Positions 20,799-33,677 are shown, numbered from the stretch's first letter. The stretch: 64,000 nucleotides of DNA from an uncultured Gemmatimonadaceae bacterium (GCA_963829055.1 CAWHHI010000004.1:416001-480000); one strand, 5' to 3'. A program made the numbers and translations. Notes: generated by a model not told the origin, from the letters alone.

Positions 20799-23067
20799 TC
20801 AGTACGCCTCGCCGATGGACAGATGTAACGTTAGGCGCCGCATCACGCCGGTGATGCCGGACGCGCCTCCCGTCGGGTTGTACTTCCACTGGTCGGTCAG
20901 CTGCACGATCTGCCCCTGTCCGTTCGGGCCCGGGGATCTCCGTGATCACCGAGAGGTCCTCGGCCAGCGCGGGGTTGAGTCCGACGTCGACGCGGATCGG
21001 CCCAACCGCCGAGCGGTAGCGAATGCCGATGCCCGGCGTGATCGTGCCTGCGCCCTTCGTCGCGGACTGCAGCGAGCCCTGGCCGAGCAGCGCGCCGTCG
21101 ACGAACGTCGCGCCGTAGAGGGCGCGCCAGATCGGGAAGCGATACTCGACACTGCCCTCGATCAACGCGCGACCGCCTAACGGGCGAGGCGTGAAGTCTC
21201 TGTCGGCCAGCGCGTTGCCTGACGAGTCGACGCGGGACAGATCGCACGTCGCCACCGCCTCCCCGCTGAGCTCGGGGCAGATCACCGCGAGCTTGCTCGC
21301 CGGCAGCGTGAGAACGCGCGGGCCGAGTTGATTCTCGCCAACGCCGCGGACCGACCGCGCTCCGCCTGCGTACAGGCGCGTCCGCGGGTGCAGGATGTCA
21401 CCGCTCAGGTCCTCGCCAGCGCCCGTCGCGAGTCGCGTGCTTTCCAGCGCCCTCACGAACCCCACGCGCGAGTGGAACGCCAGAACCGATCGAGCGCCGA
21501 TCGGCCGATACACCGCGCCCTCCGCGTAGACGCTGTTGTAGCGAAAGCTCGATCCCGTGTACGCCGACGCATGATCGAGGCGCGCCTCAGCTGTGTAGCC
21601 GCGCCTGGGCTCCAGTGGATCGTTCTGGCGGTTCACGTTTGCTATGAGCGAGACTGGCGCGAGCCGTTGCCTCTCCCGGAGCGCCGCGATCGTCTGCGGA
21701 TCGCACACGCCGTAGTTGACGCAGTAGTACACGTCGCCGGCGATGACGCCGGTGAGCTCGAATCGGTACGTCAGGCTCACGGGCACGCGATCCATGATGT
21801 CGCGCGTGAACGAGACGTTCGCGCCCTCACCACGTTCGACGAACACCGACTGGTGCCATACGTCTGTAGGCAAACACGCCGAAGCCGGCCGAATTTTTCG
21901 GCGAAAGGAACCACGGCTGCGTGAAGTCGGCGCTCGCGTTATAGGTCGGGTCGAGAAACGCGGACGCATCGCCGACGACGTCTTCGGTGATGTCCTGGAA
22001 GCCGATCAGCCCGCCGATCTGCGAGCCGTTCAGACTCTCGGCGAACAGGTTGCCTAACGTCGCGACCGCATCGAGCCGCCGCGCACCGCCGAAGAAGTTG
22101 TTGTGCGTGAACCGGCCGTCGACCTGGATGAAATCGAATGTGTTGAAGCCGCCACTCACGCGAGCGAGACGCGGCGCCGCTTCCGTCACGCTGACTTCGA
22201 CGTTCCTGATCGCTGTCCCTGGCCGCGCGGCGCCGTCGATGGCGGCAGCGCTGGAACAGTCCCGACTCGTACAGACGACGCTGCGTGTGTGCTCAGCTCC
22301 ACGCGGCGGAACAGGTCGCCAGTGTGGAAGCTGAGCGAATTGCGAATCGTCCGCTCGGAGACCGACTTGTTGCCGGTCACGGTGATAGTGCCGACGTGCG
22401 TTATCCATCGCGGCGTGACGCGGATGGTGGCCTCGGCTGTTCGCGCGGCGGTGTCGATCGCGGTAGCCGTGTCGACCCGCGCATCCGCATACCCTTTGTC
22501 CTGCAGGACCAAACGGATGCGCGCGACGGAGGAGTCGAGCTCGATGAGGTTGAACGGCTTGCCCGAATCGACTCGAGACCACGCGTTCCACCTGCGCGGT
22601 CGTGAGCACCGAATCCGTCTGATTCACATGAACGGCGCGGACGAGCGTCGGCGCTCCCTTCAGTGATCTTGAACGTAACGGCGACCTGATCGTTGCCCTT
22701 GCTCGACGACGCTGGTGTCCACCGCGGCCTGCCGATACCCGCGCATCCAGTAGAACACGCGGATGCGCAGCACATCGCGGCGCAGCTCGGTGCGATCGAG
22801 ATATCGCTTCTCCCAGATCCGATCCGAGTGCGTGAGCGGGCAGAATACGGTCAGGAGAAAGCTCTTACATCGCGACGCTGTCGTCGCGATGCTCTGAGTC
22901 AGCTCATCTCGGTCGACAGATCGAACGCCGCTCAAAGCCAGGGACCGGACTTCCGGTCGCTCCATCTGATCGCTGTTGGCGCTCTTCGTCTGCGCCCCGC
23001 TCGTGCGACCCGCTCCCAGCAGCGCCACGATCGCCCCGAACACGGTAGCAAATCGGCAGGCACGCAT
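20799..23067 (-). CDS. tamA: BamA/TamA family outer membrane protein with POTRA domains (frameshifted)
   Basis: POTRA-like FYWMRGY and LQDKGY; YAGGARSVRG; GIGIRYRSAVGPIRVDVG; ends LHLSIGEAY. Confidence 0.88.
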
Positions 23068-23216
23068 TTGGAAACGCCTGAAGCAAGGCTGGGCCGAAGA
23101 GAGGAAGGAGGCCGGCGGAAGGAGGAAGGCGGCAAGCTCCGTGCTGGCGCCCGCTCCCTCCGTCGCTCCTCCGGCCTCCGTTCCTGAGGCCTCCGTTCCT
23201 ATCGGCCTAGCTGTCT

Positions 23217-24836
23217 CTACAGTCCCGCTAACAGCGCATCGTTGTTCGCTGTGTTCGCGATGCGCTTGATCAGCCACTCCATCGCGGCCTGCGGCGGCAT
23301 CTGCTGAAGACCGCGCCGCAGCGTGTACACCGCGTCGAGCTGCTCCGGCTTGTACAGCTTCTCCTCGCGACGCGTACCGCTCGTCGCAATGTCGAACGCC
23401 GGGAAGATGCGCTTTTCCGAGAGGGAGCGGTCGAGCTTGATCTCGCTGTTACCCGTGCCCTTGAACTCCTCGAAGATCACGTCGTCCATCCGCGAGCCGG
23501 TCTCGACGAGCGCCGTCGAGATGATCGTGAGTGACCCGCCACCGTCCTTCTCCAGCACCGCGCGAGCCGAACCGAAGAATGCCTTCGGCTTCGCCATCGC
23601 CGACGAATCGAGTCCGCCCGACAGCGTGCGGCCCGAGCCACGCTCGGCCGTGTTGTGAGCGCGAGCCATTCGGGTGAGCGAGTCGAGAACGATCACGACG
23701 TCCTTGCCCATCTCGACGAGACGCCGTGCGTGCTCGAGCACCATCTCCGTGACTTCGACGTGTCGGTCGGCCGGCTGATCGAAGCTCGACGCGATGACCT
23801 CACCGACACCCCACGAGATCGCCTCGCTGACTTCCTCGGGACGCTCGTCCACGAGCAGGATGAGCAGCGTCGCGTTCGGATGGTTGATCGCGATGCCTTC
23901 GGTGATCGCGTGCAGGAGCATCGTCTTGCCGGCGCGTGCCGGGGCGACGATCAGCGCACGCTGGCCATAGCCGATCGGCGCGATGAGATCGATCGCGCGC
24001 CGCGTGAGCTCGGGACCACCCTTCGCCGGACGTCCCGTCTCGAGGAACAGCTTCCGCTCCGGGTACGTCGCGGTGAGCGATCCGAAATCCGGACGGCGCG
24101 TCGCCGTCGCCGGATCCTGTTCGTTGATCTTGAGCAGATTCGACCACGGCACTGCGTCCGCGGTGATCGCGGCCCGTGCTCGCGACGATGGTATCGCCCC
24201 GCCGCAGGCCATACTGGCGAACGAGATGCGGTGCCGATGTAGGCGTCGCCCGGGTCTGCCAGGTAGCTGTTCGCGGCGCGGCGAATGAACCCGCCGTCAC
24301 GCGACGCATCGAACCACCCTGTCGTCTCGCTGTCCGCGACGACCGGCGTTGGCGGGACCTGCTGCTGATTGTCCCGCGCTGGCGCCCGCGACCACGGTTC
24401 CGGCGATTGCGTCGACCGTTACCGTTCCCGCCGCCGAACTGCTGGTTCTGCTGGCGATTGCCGCTGGCTCCATTCTCGCCGCGGTGGTCGCGATGCTCGC
24501 GATTCTGGTTCTGACGCGGCTCCGCGGCGGCTCCCGGTGCTCCCGGGGCTCCCGAGGACGGTGATCGCGCTCGCGGAACTCGCGCGGTGGGCGCTGTTGT
24601 TCCGGCTCGCGCGGCTCCGCGGATGTCTGGTTTGGCGGGGCGAGCTGGTGCAGGGGCGTCCTCAGTCGCGACGGAGACCATGCTGGGCGGCGGCGAGTCG
24701 GTGTTGTCGCCTCCATCAACCGGGGCGTCAGGGGCCCCGTCGCGGTACGGATTCGCTCGCCAGTGGAATCGGCGGACGTTTGGTCGTACGAGCGCGGGCC
24801 ACGGCCACGACGGTGAGGGCGTCGGCGTTCGGTCAT
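23217..24836 (-). CDS. rho: Transcription termination factor Rho (frameshifted N-terminal part)
   Basis: PIGYGQRALIVAPARAGKT, LLVDERPEEV, DSLTRMARAHN, ETGSRMDDVIFEEFKGTGN, SGTRREE. Confidence 0.97.
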
Positions 24837-25254
24837 GCAACGATATTCGTTATGGGGTGTTTACTCGCGACGTCACGCCGGAATCGACCGGCGTAGTCTC
24901 GCGGTGCTCCTGTGGATCAAGAGGTCGCACGTAAAAACGGCATGCGAGCCCGTGAAGGCCACGAATGATGCACGTTGGGTGCGGTTCGGACTGCTGCCAG
25001 AGACGGGATCGGTCGTGCGAGCGTCGCACGAACCCTGCTTGTCACCGACGAGCGCGGACTACACACGCGGTCAGGCGACCTTTGCTCCTCTGCGCGCGGT
25101 TGCAGGGACGCAAGTCCCAAGCCTACTGGGACTTCCCGACTGCACCCGCCACTTGCCGGTCGCGCCATATCGCTCGCGCCGGCATCCGATACGAGTATCG
25201 CAGCTTGAAGCGTTTCGCGCAAGAACTCCGCGGCCAGTCGTTGTGTGATGGAGA

Positions 25255-25902
25255 TTAAGGTCTCCCAACGCCGTCCATCCCGCGCACGACCTCTACTACA
25301 CGCCGAGTGAGCTCAATGATCCGCTCCACGGACTCTCGATGGTCCGGCGGCAGCGTCTCCAGCTCCAGCAGCTGAGCCTCGGCCAGCAGCGCCGCCAGCG
25401 GATTGTTGAGCGAATGCTGGAGTCGCATCGCGATCTCCCCAGCAGCGATGAGCCGCTGGGTCTGACGCAGCGCCCGCAGCGCGCTCGCCGAGGGAGTTCC
25501 GTCGCCCCCGCCATCACCAACGCGTAGAGCGTCGGTGACCGCCGCGGCCAGCGTGGAAACGACATCGCCCTCCAACGAACACAGGCGTACTCCAAGCCGA
25601 GCTGCACTGACCGCGTCCCCCGGAGACGGTGCGCGAGTTGGATCGACGAGCAATACCGCCGGCCCGGCGAACCCACGCGCGCGAATCCGTCGCACGACGT
25701 CCACCCCATCGACGCCGTTGACCGAGGCGTCCACGATCGCGCAATCGACGTCCTCGGGCTCGAACTGCTCGACGTCGGTGTCCACCCGCGTGATCGTCGC
25801 TGACGGAAACATCGCGACGAGCGCCTCGTGGAGCGTCGCGGCAGGCGCGGATTGGTCGGCGACACAGGTGAGTGTGAGCGCCCGTTCGCTGCGGTGCATC
25901 AT
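25255..25902 (-). CDS. Receiver-like domain plus HisKA dimerisation/phosphoacceptor domain
   Basis: DCAIVDASVNGVDGVDVVRRIR (REC-like); QHSLNNPLAALL (H-box); ends without a HATPase domain. Confidence 0.8.
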   Translation of the reverse strand: MMHRSERALTLTCVADQSAPAATLHEALVAMFPSATITRVDTDVEQFEPEDVDCAIVDASVNGVDGVDVVRRIRARGFAGPAVLLVDPTRAPSPGDAVSAARLGVRLCSLEGDVVSTLAAAVTDALRVGDGGGDGTPSASALRALRQTQRLIAAGEIAMRLQHSLNNPLAALLAEAQLLELETLPPDHRESVERIIELTRRVVEVVRGMDGVGRP

Positions 25903-25963
25903 GGTCTCGATGATGTGGTGCCCAGCCCTGCTCGGGAAGCGCGACGCCGTGCCTCCGTGAATA

Positions 25964-26578
25964 ATGGGACGCTACGTTTCGCCAATGCTCTCGCCAACAT
26001 CGAACATTCCCGCCGAGCTCGCGGCGGCGGTAGACGAATATCAGATCCACGGGAATCCTGCGCACCTCGTTGCGCGCCTCCGAGAGATCGCGGACGCCAC
26101 GACCCCCGATGCCTTGATCGCCGCGGTTGAACCTTACCGCCAGATCCCAGAGGTTGCTGGTCCGCTGTACGAGCGGATCGTCGAGGCACAGCCCGGCAAC
26201 GCCCGCGCGATCGTGATTCTCGCGAATGCGTACTGGTTGACGGGCCACGGGCCTGACGTGGTCGGTGCCCTCGCCAGCCGCGCGATAGCCGCCGACGCCA
26301 CGAATCGTGGTGGTTGGCACCTCTGGGCGTTGTCGGAATCCGATCCGCGCCAGCGGGTCGCTCGTTGGCAGCAGGTGGTCGCGCGCTTTCCGTCCGACGA
26401 TCTGGCGCGGGCGGCGCTGGCCGACAACGCCGCGTCACTCGCCGGCGCGGAACACGATATCGACGCGCTCGACCTGGCGATCGAGACCTACGAACACCTG
26501 CTCTCGAAGGCGGAGGACCCTGCGCAACGCGCGGCGCTGGATACGGCGCTCACGTCCCTTCGTGGGTGGAAGCTGTAG
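25964..26578 (+). CDS. Hypothetical TPR-like helical protein
   Basis: Intact 204 aa Ala-rich helical ORF with TPR-like turns (AQPGNARA, ADATNRGG, RFPSDDLA). Confidence 0.7.
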   Translation: MGRYVSPMLSPTSNIPAELAAAVDEYQIHGNPAHLVARLREIADATTPDALIAAVEPYRQIPEVAGPLYERIVEAQPGNARAIVILANAYWLTGHGPDVVGALASRAIAADATNRGGWHLWALSESDPRQRVARWQQVVARFPSDDLARAALADNAASLAGAEHDIDALDLAIETYEHLLSKAEDPAQRAALDTALTSLRGWKL

Positions 26579-26583
26579 GCCTT

Positions 26584-26622
26584 GTCGTCCCTCGCTGGCG
26601 CTTTGCTGACGCTCGGGATGAC
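26584..26622. repeat. Half REP-like element (...GCTCGGGATGAC)
   Basis: TCCCTCGCTGGCGC...GCTCGGGATGACA between convergent genes; same arm as the 63841 copy, inverted. Confidence 0.65.
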
Positions 26623-26632
26623 AGCAGCTCGG

Positions 26633-27682
26633 TCAGTCCTTCGCCGCCGCGGTCGTCACTGCCTTCGCGACGGTCTTTGGATCGCCGTCCGAGACGTACC
26701 GCTGACCATGCTTCTCGAGCCCGTTCAGCGGTGCGAGTCACCGCCGAGTCGCCAATGACCTGCACGCGCGGAATCGACAGGGGATTGAACTGCGGGTCGA
26801 AGGGACTGCGGGCCGGCCCGCCTGCGACTTCGAGAATCGCATCGTGTGACGTAGCTCACGGTGCGCCCCTTCGCGTCACGCCACGAGCCGCGCTTCGCCA
26901 GCTCGCGGTTCTGCGGCCACATCCCGAGTGGAAGCGCCAACGTGCGCACCTTGTAGCCAGGCACCGCCGAGTCGATCGCCATGATTCCGCGGGCGATGAA
27001 CTCTTCGACCTTGGCGCCCGCACGATCGAGTCGCGCGTGATAGAGCGTGTGGTTGCACAGCTCGAATCCCTCGTCGGCCAGGAACTTTACCTTCTTGTAC
27101 CGCCATTCCGTCTTCTGGCCCTCGATGTTCTTGTCGCCGAAGAACGACGCGCCCCGCCTGCGCCGCCGGCAGCATGCAGAAGACGGCGCGGTTGCGCCAA
27201 TCAGGGTGCTGCTTGTTGAACGCGGTGAGAATGCCGACGGCCGACGTCGGATCGATCTCGAGCTGGCCGTTCTTCTCGATGTAGCGGAATTGCGACGGGG
27301 ATGCATCGTCGAACACGAGCACGACTGGCGACTCGCCCGCGCGGCAGGTCGATCTTCGGTCCAGCATCTCGCTGATCGAGATCGGACGGAAGCCGCGCTG
27401 ATACATCGTTTCCAGATCGCGCCGCAATCCGTCGGGCGTCCGCTCGTACAGCACCGTTCTTGGGGACGATCAGGTGGTACTCGAACACCGGAATGCGACC
27501 GAGCTCGTTCGACGGTAGACTCGCTGTCGTGGACGCGCCCACGGATGGCGACCGACGTCGGAGCGACGGCGACCTCACCGGACGCGTTACGGGCGCGGCT
27601 GGTGTCGACTCGAGGAACAGGCAAGGGTGCCGGCAGCGATTGTCGCGCCGAGGCACCCGAAGAGAACGATCCGGGGGGACAT
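26633..27682 (-). CDS. Polysaccharide deacetylase family lipoprotein (frameshifted)
   Basis: Lipobox TLAC; NELGRIPVFEYH, VLVFDDAS, FELCNHTLYH, LALPLG (NodB-type motifs). Confidence 0.85.
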
Positions 27683-27872
27683 CTACCTGGTCTGTGTCGA
27701 GAGGAAACGCCGAGGGTCGATCGAAGGACGACAACGGTAATCGAGCGCAACAGGCGGTTGTACTGCCGCGCTCGGCCGAGTTATCGTTGATATCGTACAC
27801 CGGATGCTCGACGTGACATGACTCGTTGCGCCGCTGCGAGGGTCGAAACTTTGCAGAAGGGCTGGGGTGTCA

Positions 27873-30073
27873 ATGACTGACGTAACGCGGCTCATGCCCT
27901 TGTCCATTCTGCCGTTTTTCCGGGACCGCTGGCGCGTGCTTCGGCATCGCATGCGACGCGATCCCGCAGTTCCTGCACGTCGCTGGCTTCGCTCGCACTG
28001 GCCGTGGCTCACTGCGCTTCTGCTCGCCATCGTCGGCGTGGGCGCAGTGGACGTCTGGCTAGGCACCTGCGGCTTCAACGGCTGCCCCACGACTCGGCGA
28101 GATCCGCGCGATTCCGACCGCCCGAGGGCGGAAAGATCCTCGACCGTCAGGGTCGCCTCATGGGCCGGCTCACGGTCATTCGCCGCGTGAATGTGCCGCT
28201 CGAGAGCGTCCCGCGAGTACGTCCGGGATGCGTTCCTCGCCACCGAGGATCGCCGCTTCTACGACCACAACGGTCTGGATTGGCGCGGTTTCATTCGCGC
28301 CGGGCTCGCAACGTCACGCGCGCTCGGCGTGCGTGAGGGCTTCAGCACCATCACGATGCAGGTCGCGCGGAATACGTTCATCGCCGAACATTTCGTCGGC
28401 ATCGCGCACGATGCGGCGGAAGCTCATGGAGCTCCGCCTGTCGCGTCTCATCGAGAAGAGCCTGACGAAGGACCAGATCCTCGCGCTTTACCTCAACGTC
28501 ATCTACCTCGGCAACGGTGTGTATGGCGTCGAGGCGGCGAGTCGCGACCTGTTCGGAAAGAGCGTGAAGGACGTCACGATCGCCGAAGGCGCGATGCTCG
28601 CAGCGCTGCCCAAGGGGCCGTCGGCGTACACGCCGCGCAACAACCGGAAGCGGGCGCTCGCACGTCGCGATCTCGTGCTCGGGCTCATGAGGCGCGAGGG
28701 CTACCTCGACGACATCGGCCTCGTCGCCGCGCGCGCGGAGCCCCTGCGTGTCGCGGCCAAGGAATGGCGCCCGCCACAGCCGGACGATTCGTACGCGCTC
28801 GATGCGGTCCGCAGCGTGGTCGACTCCGTCGAGGCGATGCTCAAAGAGCCGGAGGCGACGACGAGCGACTACGTCGTGTACACGACGCTGGATCTCGGTG
28901 CGCAGCGCGCCGCGGATCGTGCCGTCCGACGCCGCGCGGCCGCGATCCAGCAGGAGGCGCGCTACTGGGCAGGCCGGAACGCCGGTACGATCGAAGGCGC
29001 GATGATCGCGATCGATCCGCGCAACGGCGACATCCGCGCGCTCGTCGGCGGCAGACAGTACGAACGCGGCAGCTTCGATCGCGCGCTCTCCGCGCATCGC
29101 CAGCCTGGGTCGGCGTTCAAGCCATTCGTCTACGCGGCGGCGCTCGCGGCCGGCTTCACGCCGGCGTCGCTCGTGGATGATGAGCCGGTCGAAGTCGAGC
29201 AGGATGGTCGCATCTGGACGCCGGCGAACTACGGCGACGAGTACCTCGGTCGTGTGACCATGCGACGCGCGCTCATGAAATCATCGAATGCCGCGACGGT
29301 TCGTGTGAGTCGAGCGGTCGGCGAGCAGCGCGTGGTGCAGACCGCGCACCGCAATGGCATCACGAGCCCGCTCGTCGCCGGTGCCGGCGATCGCGCTCGG
29401 CGCGCTGGAGGTGACGCCGATCGAGCTCGTGACGGCGTACGCCCCGTTCGCGAACGGCGGATTGCGCGTGCGACCGCGGCTCGTTAGGCGGATCGAGCGG
29501 GCGGACGGCAGCGTGCTCTGGGCGCAGGACAATGCGACGCCCGTGGCGGTGATGGACCCGCGGGACGCGTATCCAGCTGACGTCGATGCTGCGGTCGGTG
29601 GTGGACCGCGGCACTGGTACGGCGATACGCGCCGGCGGCGTCACGCAACCGGTGGCCGGGAAGACGGGGACGACGAACAACGGCGCGGACGTGTGGTTCG
29701 TCGGGTACACGAAGTCGACTCGTTGCCGGCTTCTGGTTCGGCTACGACGCCCCGCGCAGCATCGCCGGCGACGCGAGCGGTGGTCGCCTCGCGGCGCCGG
29801 CGTGGGCGGAGTTCTACCAGCAGGGCTGGAACGATCGCTCGAACGACACGGAGTGGACGCCGCCGCCCGGCATGGTTGCCCGCGTGATCGATGCCGAGAC
29901 GGGCATGCTGGCCGGTGACTGGTGCCCGCTGACGCAGCGCGAGTGGTTCAAGCCCGGCACCGAGCCGACCGAGGTGTGCGACGGAGCATTACGAGCTGCC
30001 GGAAGCCGAGCCGTTCGTCAACAGTGTCGGAGCGAAACTCGGCAAGGCGCTCAAGAAGATCTTCAAGTTTTAA
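27873..30073 (+). CDS. Class A penicillin-binding protein (PBP1A family, frameshifted)
   Basis: TEDRRFYDHNG, GFSTITMQVARN, RKLME, YLNVIYLG; transpeptidase QPGSAFKP, KSSN, AGKTGTT. Start approximate. Confidence 0.95.
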
Positions 30074-30084
30074 CTACGGGCAGC

Positions 30085-30183
30085 TGGTTGCTGGGTGTGG
30101 ATGCTTGGTGCTGGGTGATGCTGGGTGCCAGCTGGTAGCTCCACTCAGCGTCACCCAGCCACCAGCACGACCACCCAGCAACA
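30085..30183. repeat. Imperfect inverted repeat of GCTGG(G/T)T units between convergent genes
   Basis: gttgctgggtg..gtgctgggtgatgctgggtg versus cacccagcc..accagcac..cacccagcaac. Confidence 0.65.
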
Positions 30184-30196
30184 AGCCTGCGGTTTT

Positions 30197-31468
30197 CTAG
30201 ATAAGTCCGACGTCCGTCTTCGCGACGTAGCCCGGGAACACGGTGTCGAGCTTGGCTGCCCCGAGATGCTTGCGAGGCAATCTCGCTGAACACCGCGCGG
30301 AAATCCGTCGTCAGGGCGAGGTCGCGACCCTCGTAGAGCTGCTCCCGAGCGAGCCCCGGCCATTTGCCGTGGACCTTGCCGCCCTTGATCGAACCACCGA
30401 TCGCGAACATGGCGCCGGCGTGGCCGTGGTCCGTTCCGCCCGTTGCCGTTCTCGCGCGCCATGCGGCCGAACTCGCTCATCGTGAGGATCACGACGTTCT
30501 CCATCCGATCGCCGAGGTCGGTCACGAGCGCGGCGATCGATTGCGCGAAGTCCGTCGAGACGGTCGCAAGCTGCCCCGTCGCACCGCCCTGGTTCACGTG
30601 CGTGTCCCAGCCACCGACGTCGGCGAACGCGATCTCCATGCCGACGTTCGCCTTGATCAGCTGCGCGATCTCGCGAAGCCGCTGGCCGAACTGCGAGCGC
30701 GGATAGTTCGCACCGTTCTCCGGCTGATAGCGCTGTGGATTCGCGGCACGGAGCATCTTCACCGCGTCGAACATCTCGGAGCCCGACGCGTGCACGACGT
30801 CGCTCGCTCCCGGTTCGATAGAGCGCCTCGATCTGCTCGGCGGACGCGCCGCCTGCGCGAACGGTGAATGCCTCGAGGCTCGTCATGGCGACCGCCGGTG
30901 CCGCGCCCTCGAGGATGCGCGGCGTCTGATCCGTCATCGCGACGGCCTGGAACGGCGAGTGCCTAACGCCGCCGGTGTCGCGCACTCCTCGCACGTGCCC
31001 TTCGTCGCGAGATAGCGGTTGAGCCATCCGTCCGGCGTGGACTTCACGTCCGGCGTGCCGGACTCCATGTAGTCCTGGGCGTCGAAGTGCGAGCGCGTCG
31101 TGCTCGGGCTGCCCACGGCATGAATGGGCGCGAGGAGGCCGCGGTCCCAGAGCGGCTTGAGCGGCTGCAGCGACGGGATGCAGCCCGAAGAAGCCATCGA
31201 GGTCGATCGCTGCCTGCGCGTCTCCCAGGCGAGCGCTCGGACGCGGAATCGCGATGCGCGGCCGAAGTGAGTAATACGACGCCTCCCCGTGCGGCACGAC
31301 GACGTTCAGCGCGTCGGCGGCGCCGCGCTGAAACAGACAGATGAGCGTCCGCCCCTTCGCCGCGCCTGGCAGCTCCATGCCGAACGCCGTGCGGCGCAGG
31401 AAGCGCGGGCTCAGTCCCATCGTCACGAGCGCGAGCGCGCCGGATTTCACGAATGCTCGTCGTTGCAT
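30197..31468 (-). CDS. DUF1501 domain protein (Tat-exported, frameshifted)
   Basis: MQRRAFVK Tat motif; FQRGAADALN, TRSHFDAQ, GGWDTHVNQG, MSEFGR. Confidence 0.92.
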
Positions 31469-31515
31469 GATGCGGCCTACACGTATGAGAAGGATCGGGC
31501 GCGCGGCGCGCCGCG

Positions 31516-33512
31516 CTATCGTCGCTGGAATTCCGGCGAGCCTAACGCGAGCCCGACGACCTGCGCGAGTCCCGTGAGCTCGGGAATGTTTCCGAAGCCC
31601 TGCGCCGCCACGCTGGCGTCGTCGCGCCGGCGGTTCGCCGGCCGCCATGGACGTTGTCGGGGTTCGATCGTCGTGTCGGCGCCTCGCGCTCATGCCGTCG
31701 ACGCCGAGGAATCGGCCGCCGCCTTGCGCGACCATGGGGTGCACGCCGGTCGTGAGGATCTCGCGCGTCTCGCGGCGACACGTGCCCGCCGAGGAGCGAC
31801 GCGATCACGCCGTCGACCTGCTCGGCGCGTGACGCGCGCGCGCAGTCGCGCCGACTCCGGCCACCGGTCGAGCGATGCGCCCGGAATCGCGGTTCGCCGC
31901 CGCCGCCATCCCGAAGTTGATGCGATTCAGGATCGCGCCCGTGTTCATCCACGGTTCCGACGTCTCGGGCCACCCGTTAGGCGCCTGGTGGCCGAAGATC
32001 GGTTGGCCGAGCCGCGCGACGAGCTGGGCGGTGCGCGGCGTCGCGTCAGGCGGCGCGTCGAGCGCGCGCATCGTGCTCACGACGACCTCGAACGGCGACT
32101 TCACCTTGGCGCGGAATGCGGCCCGCGAGAAGAACTCGGGCGACGTGACGATCGTGCGCACGACCTCGCGAATGTCACCGTTCGTTCGCGTGAACGTCGC
32201 CGCGGCGCGGTCGACGAGCGCCTGCGGCGGCGTGTCGCTCACGAAGCGAACCGCGAGCTTCCGCGCAATGAACTTCGCGGTGGACGGGATGCCGCGCGAG
32301 GATGTCGAGCACTTCCTCGCCGTCCTCGATGCCGCGGCCCGCTTTCAGCTTGTGGCCGAGGACGACCTTTGCCTCGGCGTCGTGCACCTCGGGGCGGAAG
32401 ACGAACTCGCCGGCGGCATCGGTGTCCTGCATGCGTTCGCGCGAATCCGACGGACACGCGGGTCCTGCGGCGAGCATCGAGCGAGCTGGCGAGGAGGGCG
32501 GATGCTCCATCCGGTGAGCGCGCGTGCGACCTCGATGACGTCCTTCTGCGTGTACCCGCCATCGACGCCGAGCGTGTGCAGCTCCATGAGCTCGCGCGCG
32601 TAATTCTCGTTGAGGCCACGGGGCCGGCGCGGCGCAGCCGGCACCGGGAACGGGAACCGGGAACCGACTTGCCAGCAGCTTGTTGTCCCCGACGACGGGT
32701 TCCTCGCCCGGCTCTTCCCCGGTTCCCGGTTCCCGCTGCCCTGTTCCCGCCGCGCGGCGGACGCAGCGTGCTGCGTCCGCTGTCGGCGACACTCTGCGCA
32801 TTGTCGAGATAGAACAGCATCGCCGGACTCTTCGCCACCGCGCCTAGCAGGTCGCGGAAGTGACCGAGCGCGTTAGGCCGGATGACGTCGCGGTCGTACG
32901 ACGTCAGATACCAGCGCGTCTGACCCTTGCCGGCGAACACCGTGAAGTGATTCTCCCAGAAGTCGACCATGACTTCCTGGAGCTGGCGCTCGCTCATCAC
33001 CGCTCGCGCGACGCGGGACGACGTCAGCTCGGCCACGAACTGGTTCGAGCGCCGCGCCTGCTGCAGCAGCTGCAGCGAGTCGGCGAGCGTCGTCCGACCG
33101 GATCGCTGCATGGAGTCTCGGCGCGCGAGCGGCGCGAAGCAGCGCGGCGGGAGGGAACTGCTTGTAGATGCTCCGCGGAGCTCAGCGACAGCGTGCGATA
33201 GCGCGCGAGGAACTGAGTCCGTCGCGGAGTCGTCGATGCGCTCCGGATGAAGCTGCGCGTCGATCCACGGTCGACACCCATGGCTCTGCACGCGCGTCAG
33301 CATCGCCCGGACGCGCACCGAACGTCGAGTCGGCTCAGCGCCTGCGCCACCTGCTGCGCTGGCATCGAGCTCGCGCAGTACCGCTCGACGCGTGAGCCGA
33401 CACGGGGCGCGCGCGAGGCAGCCGCGCGGGAGGCGCAGCTCGCCGCGCCGTACACAGCGGCACGCACGTACGAACAGGCGAGCAGTGCGAGCGTGACGAG
33501 ACGTCTTCGCAT
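31516..33512 (-). CDS. DUF1800 domain protein (frameshifted)
   Basis: [40 protein letters not shown], ends LGSPEFQRR. Confidence 0.92.
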
Positions 33513-33677
33513 GAGAGCCGACGCGGTTGGATAGTCCTCGAGGTAGACGACTCGCTGGTGCAACGCTCGTTAAGCCGTCGCGGCCGTGCTCGGCCTTGGC
33601 CTTCTCCTTGCCCAACTCGACCATGCGCGCGCGAGATCGTCGCGCGCGCGTCGTCCGACTGCAGGAGCCCGCCACCG

